From the NCBI GenBank assembly GCA_938030645.1, contig CALHHQ010000028.1, positions 1 through 35,923 on the forward strand: a stretch of 35,923 nt of DNA, read 5' to 3'. Shown piece after piece: positions 9,678 through 17,470 of the stretch; positions within the stretch are counted from its first letter, which is position 1, and each line of letters begins with the position of its first letter. This DNA comes from an uncultured Rhizobiaceae group bacterium. Lineage in GTDB: Bacteria; Pseudomonadota; Alphaproteobacteria; Rhizobiales; Rhizobiaceae. Made by a program: the position numbers and the translations under genes. The notes under the pieces were generated by a model. The model ran no database searches. It had not been told where the DNA came from and saw only the letters and a program-made list of their open reading frames with translations.

Positions 9678-10382
9678 CTACCCGAACGGTTTTTCAAACT
9701 CGCCAGAATTTTCATCCATAGTCCACAACTCGCCTGACGAAATATCAAACCAAGCGCCGTGCAAGCCAATCTGTTCACGTTCCAACAAAGTGGATACGCA
9801 AGGGAATGTTTTCAAATGCTCGATGGACTGACGAATAGATTCTTCTTCCATCATCCCTTGCAACTTCTCAGCCGATTCAGCACCGGTGCACTTTAAATTC
9901 TGCGCAACAGGTTCAAGAAGTGAAATCCACTTTCCAATAAAATCACCAGGAGACAATGGCTCCATGGCTTCTCCCGTCATTTGCTGACGAAATGCCGCAA
10001 TCCCCCCACAGCGGCCATGGCCCATAACGACGATATGCTTGACGCGTAACACTTGCACTGCAAATTCAAGTGCTGCCGAAGTTCCATGATAGTCACCATT
10101 CTGCTCGTAAGGTGGCATGATGTTGGCCACATTGCGCACCACAAACATTTCACCGGGAGCTGATCCAAAAATGGTCTCTGGTGCGGAACGAGAATCACAA
10201 CAAGCGATAATCATGACATCAGGTTTTTGACCCAAACTCGCCAATTCTTCATAGCGCTCGCGCTCTCGCGACAAGCGGTTTTTTCTAAAATGAGCGTAGC
10301 CGCCCAAAAGTTTTCTGGGAAAGCCCGCGTCAACAAGTTCGCGTCGTGGCTTTTGCGCTTCGGGATCTGTGCTGTCGTTCAT
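9678..10382 (-). CDS. Beta-class carbonic anhydrase
   Basis: Zn ligands in IACCDSR and HGRCGG, plus GEMFVVRNVAN and AALEFAV. Confidence 0.93.
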   Translation of the reverse strand: MNDSTDPEAQKPRRELVDAGFPRKLLGGYAHFRKNRLSRERERYEELASLGQKPDVMIIACCDSRSAPETIFGSAPGEMFVVRNVANIMPPYEQNGDYHGTSAALEFAVQVLRVKHIVVMGHGRCGGIAAFRQQMTGEAMEPLSPGDFIGKWISLLEPVAQNLKCTGAESAEKLQGMMEEESIRQSIEHLKTFPCVSTLLEREQIGLHGAWFDISSGELWTMDENSGEFEKPFG

Positions 10383-10428
10383 GATACATCCAAACTTTCA
10401 GTTCCGATGTGTTTGGCATAATTGAACT

Positions 10429-10620
10429 TCAATCGTCCAGTTCACGCGCTTCAGAAATCAAAAGAATTGGCACACCGTCGCGCACCGGATAGGCCAGCTT
10501 GGATTTCGCACAAACCAATTCTTGTGCCGCCTCATCATAAATCAAAGAAGCTTTAGAGTGTGGGCAAACCAGAAGCTCAAGCATTTTTATATCAAGAATT
10601 CGCTGAGCTTGTTCAGACAT
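10429..10620 (-). CDS. Trm112/YcaR family protein
   Basis: LELLVCP...LAYPVRDGVPILLISEAR. Confidence 0.9.
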   Translation of the reverse strand: MSEQAQRILDIKMLELLVCPHSKASLIYDEAAQELVCAKSKLAYPVRDGVPILLISEARELDD

Positions 10621-10622
10621 TT

Positions 10623-11297
10623 TTATTGAAGAGTTCCAGAACTGTCACCCGTTTCCCGGGCAAGCATGACTTCTGTGATCGCAACCAAGGTTTCTGATCG
10701 TGTTTTCAAATCCGGCGCTTCCAGCAGGGCCTGCTTTTCAGCCGGACCATATGGGCTCATCATGGACAATGTGTTCACCAATGCTTCCGTGCTTGCTTCC
10801 CGCACACCATCCCAATCAGCTTCCATTTCGTTGGCCTCAAGAAATTGCTTGAACGTGGTCAACAGCCCATCCCGGTCAACAGCTTTGGCTGCTTCTTCAT
10901 TGTCCAGCAGGTCATCCGGAAATCCCTCGACCCGCCCAACACGATATCCGTTTGTATTTTCCAGTTCCTCTAATAATTGGAAGCGGCTCACGCCAGCCAA
11001 ATTGACCATCAATCGACCATCACCTGATTCTTGATAAGCAGTGATCCGCCCAAGACACCCAATTGCGCACAACGACTGAACATCAGCTTCTTGATTATCT
11101 GTATCGAATTGAGGTTGGATCATGCCAATGATCCGGTCGCCAGCCATGGCGTCATCAATCATCGCCAAATATCGTGGTTCAAAAATATTCAACGGCATGT
11201 TTCCCGCAGGCAAAAGAAGAGCGCCTGTTAAGGGAAACAAAGGCACACTTTCAGGCAAATCGGAAACCTTGGTGTAGGTCGAATTTCCAGCCTTCAT
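10623..11297 (-). CDS. LON peptidase substrate-binding (N-terminal) domain protein
   Basis: PLFPL, LLLPAGNMPLNIFEPRYLAM, EKQALLEA. No ATPase or protease domain. Confidence 0.92.
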   Translation of the reverse strand: MKAGNSTYTKVSDLPESVPLFPLTGALLLPAGNMPLNIFEPRYLAMIDDAMAGDRIIGMIQPQFDTDNQEADVQSLCAIGCLGRITAYQESGDGRLMVNLAGVSRFQLLEELENTNGYRVGRVEGFPDDLLDNEEAAKAVDRDGLLTTFKQFLEANEMEADWDGVREASTEALVNTLSMMSPYGPAEKQALLEAPDLKTRSETLVAITEVMLARETGDSSGTLQ

Positions 11298-11333
11298 TTC
11301 AAACTCCTCAATTCAACATGCAAAGTTATTCAA

Positions 11334-12362
11334 CTAGGAAAACAGCACAGAAGACAAAGCCCGGCGTCCTGAAACAGTTGCCGGATCCATGTTCCCCCAC
11401 GCTGCGAAAAACTCAAGCAACTTTTCTCGCGCCCCATCTTCCTCCCACTTTCGATCTGCTTTCACAATCGCGACCAATTGTTCCACCGCCTCTTCTCGAC
11501 GGCCGTGAGCATTCAAAGCAATGGCATAATCATAGCGAGCCTGATGATTGTTAGGCTCCTTTTCAGATGCTGCAGCCAAACTTGAAATATCACCAAGTTC
11601 ATTTGCTTGATCTGCCAGTTCAAGGCTCTTCACCAAAGCTGCGAGAGCGCCTTGGGTGTGATGTTCTTCAGGAATTGTCGCAACAAGTTCGCGTGCTTTG
11701 TCATGCTCACCCACGGCAAAATAACATTGCCCTATTCCTGCAAGGGCATCCACGCTACCTGGTTCTTGCGCCAACACTGAACTGTAAAGATCTGCGGCTG
11801 CACCGAAATCTTCGTCTTTCAGCAATTGGTCAGCTTCATCCAGAATCGCGTTCAAATCTGCACCGGGTGGATTTGGGTTCATGGCAGCAATTTTATCAAT
11901 GAACGCCTGAACTTCGCCAGCAGGTTTCGCACCCATAAAAGCATCCGCAGGCTTACCATCCACAAATGCCACAACAGCCGGAATGGACTGAATGCGCATT
12001 TGGCCAGCAACATCGGGGTATTTTTCAATATCCATTTTTGCCAGTGTTACAGCACCTTTCGCAGCAGCAACCGCATTTTCAATGACAGGGCCAAGTTGTT
12101 TGCAAGGACCACACCAAGGCGCCCAGAAATCAACAATCACAGGCGTTGATTTGGAAGCTTCCAACACATCAGCCATAAAGCTGTCGGTGGTAACATCTTT
12201 GATAAGTGGTCCAGCTGCGGCCTGAGCCGAAGCAGAAGGAGCAGATGGCGCACCACCAAATGAGGCGCCGGCAGACGTCGGTGTCATAGATGCACCAGCA
12301 GAAACACTGCCGCCCATCGAGTAAGACATGTTCTGTTTTGGAGGTGTCGTGTCGTCACTCAT
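11334..12362 (-). CDS. cnoX: Thioredoxin-TPR chaperedoxin (CnoX/YbbN)
   Basis: VDFWAPWCGPCK, IQSIP, TPR region, C-terminal RRALSSVLFS. ATG 12362 preferred over TTG 12368. Confidence 0.92.
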   Translation of the reverse strand: MSDDTTPPKQNMSYSMGGSVSAGASMTPTSAGASFGGAPSAPSASAQAAAGPLIKDVTTDSFMADVLEASKSTPVIVDFWAPWCGPCKQLGPVIENAVAAAKGAVTLAKMDIEKYPDVAGQMRIQSIPAVVAFVDGKPADAFMGAKPAGEVQAFIDKIAAMNPNPPGADLNAILDEADQLLKDEDFGAAADLYSSVLAQEPGSVDALAGIGQCYFAVGEHDKARELVATIPEEHHTQGALAALVKSLELADQANELGDISSLAAASEKEPNNHQARYDYAIALNAHGRREEAVEQLVAIVKADRKWEEDGAREKLLEFFAAWGNMDPATVSGRRALSSVLFS

Positions 12363-12409
12363 AATCAATTTCCTGAATTCAACGCAGTAAGCCCTGCATG
12401 CTGGGTCTA

Positions 12410-12437
12410 AAGTGGGGAGAAGACCGAAATTTACAAG
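12410..12437 (-). promoter_or_regulatory. RpoH (sigma32)-like promoter of cnoX
   Basis: Minus strand CTTGTA-N14-CCCCACTT against consensus CTTGAA-N13/14-CCCCATNT. ybbN/cnoX is a known heat-shock gene. Confidence 0.65.
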
Positions 12438-12968
12438 TTAGATCTCTTGATCCAAATCCACAATCATCGGGTCGTGGCCACAGTTTTTTGCAAATGCAAT
12501 TAAGTCGTCGCGCCCAATAGTTGTTGTCGCATCGTTGGTTAGCGGGTGGCAATTAATCTTTTCATGACGCATCAACCTTTGATCAATAGCAAATGTCACT
12601 TTGTGTTCACGGTCATTGATCACGCCAAGCGCTGTCACGGCACCGGGAATTACGCCTAAAAATTCCAACAACGCTTCAGGCTTTCCAAAAGAGAACTTGC
12701 TCGATCCACCAAGCAATTTGTGTAGAGTTTTGAGATTGACCGCGCTGTCTTCCTCAGCAGTCAGTAGAAAATAATTTCCCTTTTTGTCCTTCAAAAACAG
12801 ATTTTTCGTGTGTCCACCTTCCATCTCTCCCCGCAAGTTCTGGGAATCTTCGACTGTAAACAAAGGTGCGTGTTCTTTGGTTTCAGTCTGAAACCCACAA
12901 TCATCAAGATATGCAAGGAGAGCATCGCGCTGCACTGGCGCGGCGGGTAGCGGGTTAGACATGTTCAT
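12438..12968 (-). CDS. YbaK/ProX-type aminoacyl-tRNA editing (deacylase) protein
   Basis: HTKNLFLKDKK, LGVIPGAVT, NCHPLTNDAT. Start uncertain (12974, 12968 or 12962). Confidence 0.9.
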   Translation of the reverse strand: MNMSNPLPAAPVQRDALLAYLDDCGFQTETKEHAPLFTVEDSQNLRGEMEGGHTKNLFLKDKKGNYFLLTAEEDSAVNLKTLHKLLGGSSKFSFGKPEALLEFLGVIPGAVTALGVINDREHKVTFAIDQRLMRHEKINCHPLTNDATTTIGRDDLIAFAKNCGHDPMIVDLDQEI

Positions 12969-13082
12969 TTCCAAAGGCGTTTATGTTGCCTTGTGACTAA
13001 CACCGACCACATGTCAGCGAAAGCCTGTTTCCAATTCCTTCATACTGGCAAAACTTTCCGCCTTTTTGAGTGCATTTGCGGC

Positions 13083-13111
13083 TTGCAATCGGTTCAATGT
13101 TGGCCCATATA
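13083..13111 (+). promoter_or_regulatory. sigma70-type promoter of tRNA-Gly
   Basis: TTGCAA-N17-CATATA, 33 nt upstream of the tRNA. Confidence 0.6.
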
Positions 13112-13144
13112 CAGCGCGCTGGCCAACCCGGGTCAGTCGCTCGA

Positions 13145-13219
<75 letters not shown>

Positions 13220-13348
13220 ATTTTCCCGCTTTAGATCAAACGCGTTTGGACAAAGACGAGCCTTCCGTTCGCGCGTTCGCTTGAATAGCTTCCCAAATTT
13301 TTTGAAAAAAGTGTCAAATCATACAGACAAATTGCAAAATCAAATGTA

Positions 13349-13363
13349 GAACAAAACATAAAC
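13349..13363 (+). promoter_or_regulatory. Putative alphaproteobacterial LexA (SOS) box
   Basis: GAAC-AAAACAT-AAAC, one mismatch to GAAC-N7-GAAC. Ends 13 nt before the ATG and overlaps the expected -10 of TTGCAA at 13332. Confidence 0.65.
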
Positions 13364-13376
13364 ATTTGGAAATTCG

Positions 13377-14621
13377 ATGCGCAAACTCAATCTACAAAAG
13401 AAGCTGGAAATTCTCGCAGACGCTGCGAAATACGATGCATCATGCTCTTCTTCGGGTTCCGAGCGTCGCTCTTCTGTTGGCGGCAAAGGGATTGGGTCCA
13501 CGGAAGGATCAGGAATTTGCCACGCTTACGCGCCTGACGGTCGTTGCATTTCTTTGCTGAAAATTCTTCTCACAAACTATTGCAAATATGATTGCCTTTA
13601 TTGCGTCAACCGCGTGTCCAGCAATGTACAACGCGCACGTTTCACAGTGGAAGAGGTGGTGAAACTGACGCTCGATTTCTACAAACGAAATTATATCGAA
13701 GGTCTATTTTTATCCTCCGGCATCATCCGCGATGCGGATTACACAATGGAACAGGTTGTAGAAGTCGCTCGGCAATTGCGCGAAGTGCACGACTTTCGAG
13801 GCTATATCCATCTCAAGACGATTCCAGAAGCATCTCCTGAACTGCTCGAAAAAGCGGGCCTATACGCAGACCGCCTGTCCATAAACATTGAAATGCCCAC
13901 AGAAGCGGGTTTGCAAAAACTGGCCCCCGAAAAAGATCGACCAAACATCAAACGCATGATGGCACGTTTGCGATTGAACATTGATGGTTTCAAAGAAGAA
14001 CGTGAGAAAATCCGCAAAGCGCCCAAATTCGCGCCTGCTGGCCAGTCAACCCAAATGATTGTGGGGGCAGACAATTCCGCTGACAAAGATGTGCTTTCGA
14101 CGTCAAGCACATTGTATTCAAGCTATAAAATGAAACGTGTCTATTATTCAGCGTTCAGTCCGATACCAGACGCCAACAAAGCTCTGCCTTTGATCAAACC
14201 TCCGCTTATTCGCGAGCATCGACTGTATCAAGCGGATTGGTTGTTGCGGTTTTACGGTTTCAATGTGGATGAAATCACCCGCAATCAGCCCGACGGAAAT
14301 CTGGATCTGGCCATTGATCCTAAACTCTCCTGGGCGCTCGCCAACCGTCACTGGTTTCCAGTGGATGTGAACACAGCTTCAAAAGAAATATTGCTACGTA
14401 TTCCCGGAATTGGCAGCAAGGCCGTGGGAAAAATTTTGTCTGCGCGCCGTTACCAGAGGCTAAGGCTCGAAGACGTCACACGCCTGTCCAATGGAGTAAA
14501 AAAAGCGATGCCATTTATGATTGCAGAAAACTGGCAACCGGGCGCTTTGACAGACAGTCCAAACTTGCGCGAACGATTTTTACCGCCACCAAAACAACTG
14601 TCCTTGTTTTCTACAACATAA
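13377..14621 (+). CDS. Putative DNA modification/repair radical SAM protein with helix-hairpin-helix domain (TIGR03916-like)
   Basis: CKYDCLYC (C69/C73/C76), AKYDASC, GICH, YIEGLFLSSG, GYIHLK, FAPAGQSTQMIVGA, REHRLYQADWLLRFYGF, HhH VNTASKEILLRIPGIG. Confidence 0.92.
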   Translation: MRKLNLQKKLEILADAAKYDASCSSSGSERRSSVGGKGIGSTEGSGICHAYAPDGRCISLLKILLTNYCKYDCLYCVNRVSSNVQRARFTVEEVVKLTLDFYKRNYIEGLFLSSGIIRDADYTMEQVVEVARQLREVHDFRGYIHLKTIPEASPELLEKAGLYADRLSINIEMPTEAGLQKLAPEKDRPNIKRMMARLRLNIDGFKEEREKIRKAPKFAPAGQSTQMIVGADNSADKDVLSTSSTLYSSYKMKRVYYSAFSPIPDANKALPLIKPPLIREHRLYQADWLLRFYGFNVDEITRNQPDGNLDLAIDPKLSWALANRHWFPVDVNTASKEILLRIPGIGSKAVGKILSARRYQRLRLEDVTRLSNGVKKAMPFMIAENWQPGALTDSPNLRERFLPPPKQLSLFSTT

Positions 14622-14627
14622 GGTCGA

Positions 14628-16100
14628 GTGGCAGGAATGCAGACATTTTATCTCAAAGCAGCTGATGATTTTGAAGGGTGGCGCAAAGCTTCAAGGTCTG
14701 CCTTTGAAAACAGCCTTCCTCCAGAGATGGTGTCGTTTCAAATCGAAGGCGAACAGCAATCATTGCTCGACGCATTGAACGAAACCAACACGGCAACAAT
14801 GGCCTGCCAAAAAGACATTGCGACACGAAATCTTATCGCAACAAAAACTTTTCTCGCTCTTGCCAAGCTTGTGGTTTGCCATTCGGATTCAGAGCGGTTT
14901 TCGCTTCTCTACAAACTGTTATTGCGGCTGCAAAACGAAAGAAACCTCCTTGGGAAAACGGTTGATCCCGAAGTGCATCACGCAAACGCACTTGCCAAAG
15001 AGGTACGGCGCGACATGCACAAAATGAAGGCCTTTGTTCGCTTTCGCAAAACAGATGAATTGAAAGATGGTACAGAACAATTTGTAGCGTGGTTTGAACC
15101 CACACATCATATTGTAAAAGCAACAGCGCCCTTTTTCATGCGCCGGTTTGCGGGGATGCACTGGTCCATATTATCGCCAAATGACTGTGTCCATTGGGAT
15201 GGTAAGGTTCTTCGTTTTTCAGAAGGTGTCCCGAAATCCAAGGCACCGAAAGAAGATGCTTTGGAAGATTATTGGAGGTCTTACTACGCATCCATATTCA
15301 ACCCAGCGCGCCTAAAAGTGGGTGCCATGACGTCTGAAATGCCCAAAAAATATTGGAAAAATTTGCCCGAAGCAGATCTCATTCCGGGCCTCATTCAACA
15401 GGCGCAAAGCCGCGAACAATCGATGCTGGAAAGCGCACCAACAGTTCCCATTGAAACCATGATGCAACACCGTCAGCATCCAGTTGACTACGCGCAAGAC
15501 AATCCGACAACGTTCAACTCATTGGAGGAATTGAATTCAGGGCTAAATGGCTGTCGGTTATGTCCGCTCTACAAGCCAGCAACGCAGGTGGTGTGCGGGC
15601 AAGGCGTCGCCTCAAACGATATCATGTTGATCGGCGAACAACCCGGCGACCACGAAGATATTCAAGGTCAACCGTTTGTCGGCCCTGCAGGACAATTGTT
15701 GAAAAGTGTAATGGCCGATCTTGAAATAGAAATTCCCTACATCACAAATGCGGTGAAGCATTTTAAATTCGAACCGTGCGGAAAACGCCGTATTCACAAA
15801 ACTCCAAACGCCAGCGAAATTGATCACTGTCGCTGGTGGCTGCAAAAAGAAATTGAACTTGTGAAGCCAAAAGTAATTGTTGCCATGGGCGCGAGTGCTT
15901 TACGAGGAGTGACTGGGAAGTCCGGTAAAATATCTGAACTCAAACGCAAGCCCATCACACTAGAAAATGAAATTGTATTGGTTGTAACAAGGCATCCATC
16001 ATCTATTCTAAGAACAAAGGACGTGGCCCAAAAAGCAGCAGCCCATCAAGAATTCAAGGAGGACCTTCGCTTTGCACACCAATTGGCAATAGAAATCTAG
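14628..16100 (+). CDS. Fusion of DUF4130/TIGR03915-like domain and UdgX-family uracil-DNA binding protein
   Basis: N-terminal part: HKMKAFVRF, AWFEPTH, FFMRRF, YYASIFNPARLK, EMPKKYWKNLPEA. C-terminal part: CRLC, GEQPG, PFVGPAG, TNAVKHFKF, KRRIHKTP, HPSSILR. Confidence 0.92.
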   Translation: MAGMQTFYLKAADDFEGWRKASRSAFENSLPPEMVSFQIEGEQQSLLDALNETNTATMACQKDIATRNLIATKTFLALAKLVVCHSDSERFSLLYKLLLRLQNERNLLGKTVDPEVHHANALAKEVRRDMHKMKAFVRFRKTDELKDGTEQFVAWFEPTHHIVKATAPFFMRRFAGMHWSILSPNDCVHWDGKVLRFSEGVPKSKAPKEDALEDYWRSYYASIFNPARLKVGAMTSEMPKKYWKNLPEADLIPGLIQQAQSREQSMLESAPTVPIETMMQHRQHPVDYAQDNPTTFNSLEELNSGLNGCRLCPLYKPATQVVCGQGVASNDIMLIGEQPGDHEDIQGQPFVGPAGQLLKSVMADLEIEIPYITNAVKHFKFEPCGKRRIHKTPNASEIDHCRWWLQKEIELVKPKVIVAMGASALRGVTGKSGKISELKRKPITLENEIVLVVTRHPSSILRTKDVAQKAAAHQEFKEDLRFAHQLAIEI

Positions 16101-16124
16101 AGTCGCACCTACGAGATGATCATT

Positions 16125-16158
16125 AAAAAACCCGAGTGGCAAAACCATCCGGGTTGTT
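16125..16158. terminator. Terminator hairpin between the convergent UdgX fusion and leuD
   Basis: aaaaaa-cccgagtgg-caaaa-ccatccggg-ttgtt, with a strong T run on the minus strand and a weaker one on plus. Confidence 0.7.
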
Positions 16159-16186
16159 CAATTCAATATGATTTAAGATCGCTTGA

Positions 16187-16789
16187 TCAGGTCCAAGCAC
16201 GTTCACTCAGTTTGCTTTCGTAAGCATCAATGCTGTCGACCTTTTCCATCGTGAGGCCAATGTCATCAAGACCGTTCAACAAACAGTGCTTTTTGTGCGC
16301 ATCCAGATCGAATGATATCGTGCCACCATCTGGTCCTGAAATAGTCTGACTTTCCAGATCAACAGTCAAAACGGCATTCGAACCGCGATTGGCATCATCC
16401 ATCAATTTCTCAAGTTCTTCTTCACTCACCTGAACAGGTAAAATGCCATTCTTGAAACAGTTGTTGTAAAAGATGTCAGCAAAGCTCGTTGAGATCACAC
16501 AACGAATGCCACGGTCCAACAAAGCCCAAGGCGCATGTTCGCGCGACGAACCACACCCAAAATTGTCACCAGCCACCAAAATAGTTGCTTCGCGATAAGC
16601 AGGTTTGTTCAAAACAAAATCCGGGTTTTCACTGCCATCTTCGTTCAAACGCATCTCAGCAAACAAACCTTCAGATAGGCCTGTGCGTTTGATCGTTTTC
16701 AGATAATCCTTCGGAATGATCATATCGGTGTCGATATTGATGATCGGAAGTGGTGCAGCAACACCAGTCAATTGTGTGAACTTGTCCAT
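16187..16789 (-). CDS. leuD: 3-isopropylmalate dehydratase small subunit
   Basis: [44 protein letters not shown]. Confidence 0.97.
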   Translation of the reverse strand: MDKFTQLTGVAAPLPIINIDTDMIIPKDYLKTIKRTGLSEGLFAEMRLNEDGSENPDFVLNKPAYREATILVAGDNFGCGSSREHAPWALLDRGIRCVISTSFADIFYNNCFKNGILPVQVSEEELEKLMDDANRGSNAVLTVDLESQTISGPDGGTISFDLDAHKKHCLLNGLDDIGLTMEKVDSIDAYESKLSERAWT

Positions 16790-16873
16790 AGATAAAGGCT
16801 CTTGTCTGATCTGTTGAGGATGATCTACACCAGACTCTTCAAATCGCCAAGATCAAGACGGGCTAAGATTGCA

Positions 16874-17080
16874 ATGAAACTCTACAGAATGATCACAGGA
16901 CCTGATGACAACGAATTCTGCCATCGGGTTTCCAAGGCGCTGTCCAACGGATGGGAATTGGCTGGGAGTGCATCACTCACATTCGACGCCGTACGTGGCC
17001 GCACGATGTGCGGTCAACCCGTGATCAAAGACGTTCCTGATGAAGACTATTCACCAGATCTCAAACTCGGCGACTATTGA
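16874..17080 (+). CDS. DUF1737-like small protein
   Basis: MKLYRMITGPDD...CHRVSKALSNGWELAGS...CGQPVIK. Start moved from 16802 to ATG 16874. Confidence 0.75.
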   Translation: MKLYRMITGPDDNEFCHRVSKALSNGWELAGSASLTFDAVRGRTMCGQPVIKDVPDEDYSPDLKLGDY

Positions 17081-17083
17081 TTT

Positions 17084-17470
17084 ATGTACTCAGAAGATTC
17101 GTTCTTCACGCTAACGATATTGGGCCAAATCGGATTGGTTGCACTATCTATCAGTTTGGCTGCTCTTTTTTTATACGTGTGCTGGGCAACCACGAGCAAA
17201 AAACCCATTTGGCTGCGGCTTGCAATCGCCATCTTTCTGTTCATGTTGTTCATCTGGCTGATGCCACAGGTTTATTACACGTACTATATTTTCCTAATCG
17301 ACGTGCCGTGGCAGGTGATCATTCAACCGCCACCAACACCCGTTGATTTGGCGCGTATCCTGTTTTTCGCAGAAAACACCAACCTGTCATTTCATGCTCA
17401 AGCAGTTATTGGGTGGCTGCTGATTTTAGTTGGTTTGTTCAGACCGAAACTGTCTAAGCTTGTTCGCTGA
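17084..17470 (+). CDS. Hypothetical membrane protein
   Basis: 128 aa with three or four hydrophobic segments, starting 3 nt after the upstream stop. Confidence 0.65.
   Translation: MYSEDSFFTLTILGQIGLVALSISLAALFLYVCWATTSKKPIWLRLAIAIFLFMLFIWLMPQVYYTYYIFLIDVPWQVIIQPPPTPVDLARILFFAENTNLSFHAQAVIGWLLILVGLFRPKLSKLVR

Noticed and set aside
13237-13248. 12-bp palindrome caaacgcgtttg after tRNA-Gly
   Set aside because: Single short palindrome with no second copy or matching motif, so no function can be supported.
13220-16186. Prophage or integrative element at tRNA-Gly
   Set aside because: No integrase, no phage genes, and no duplicated tRNA 3' end found by eye.
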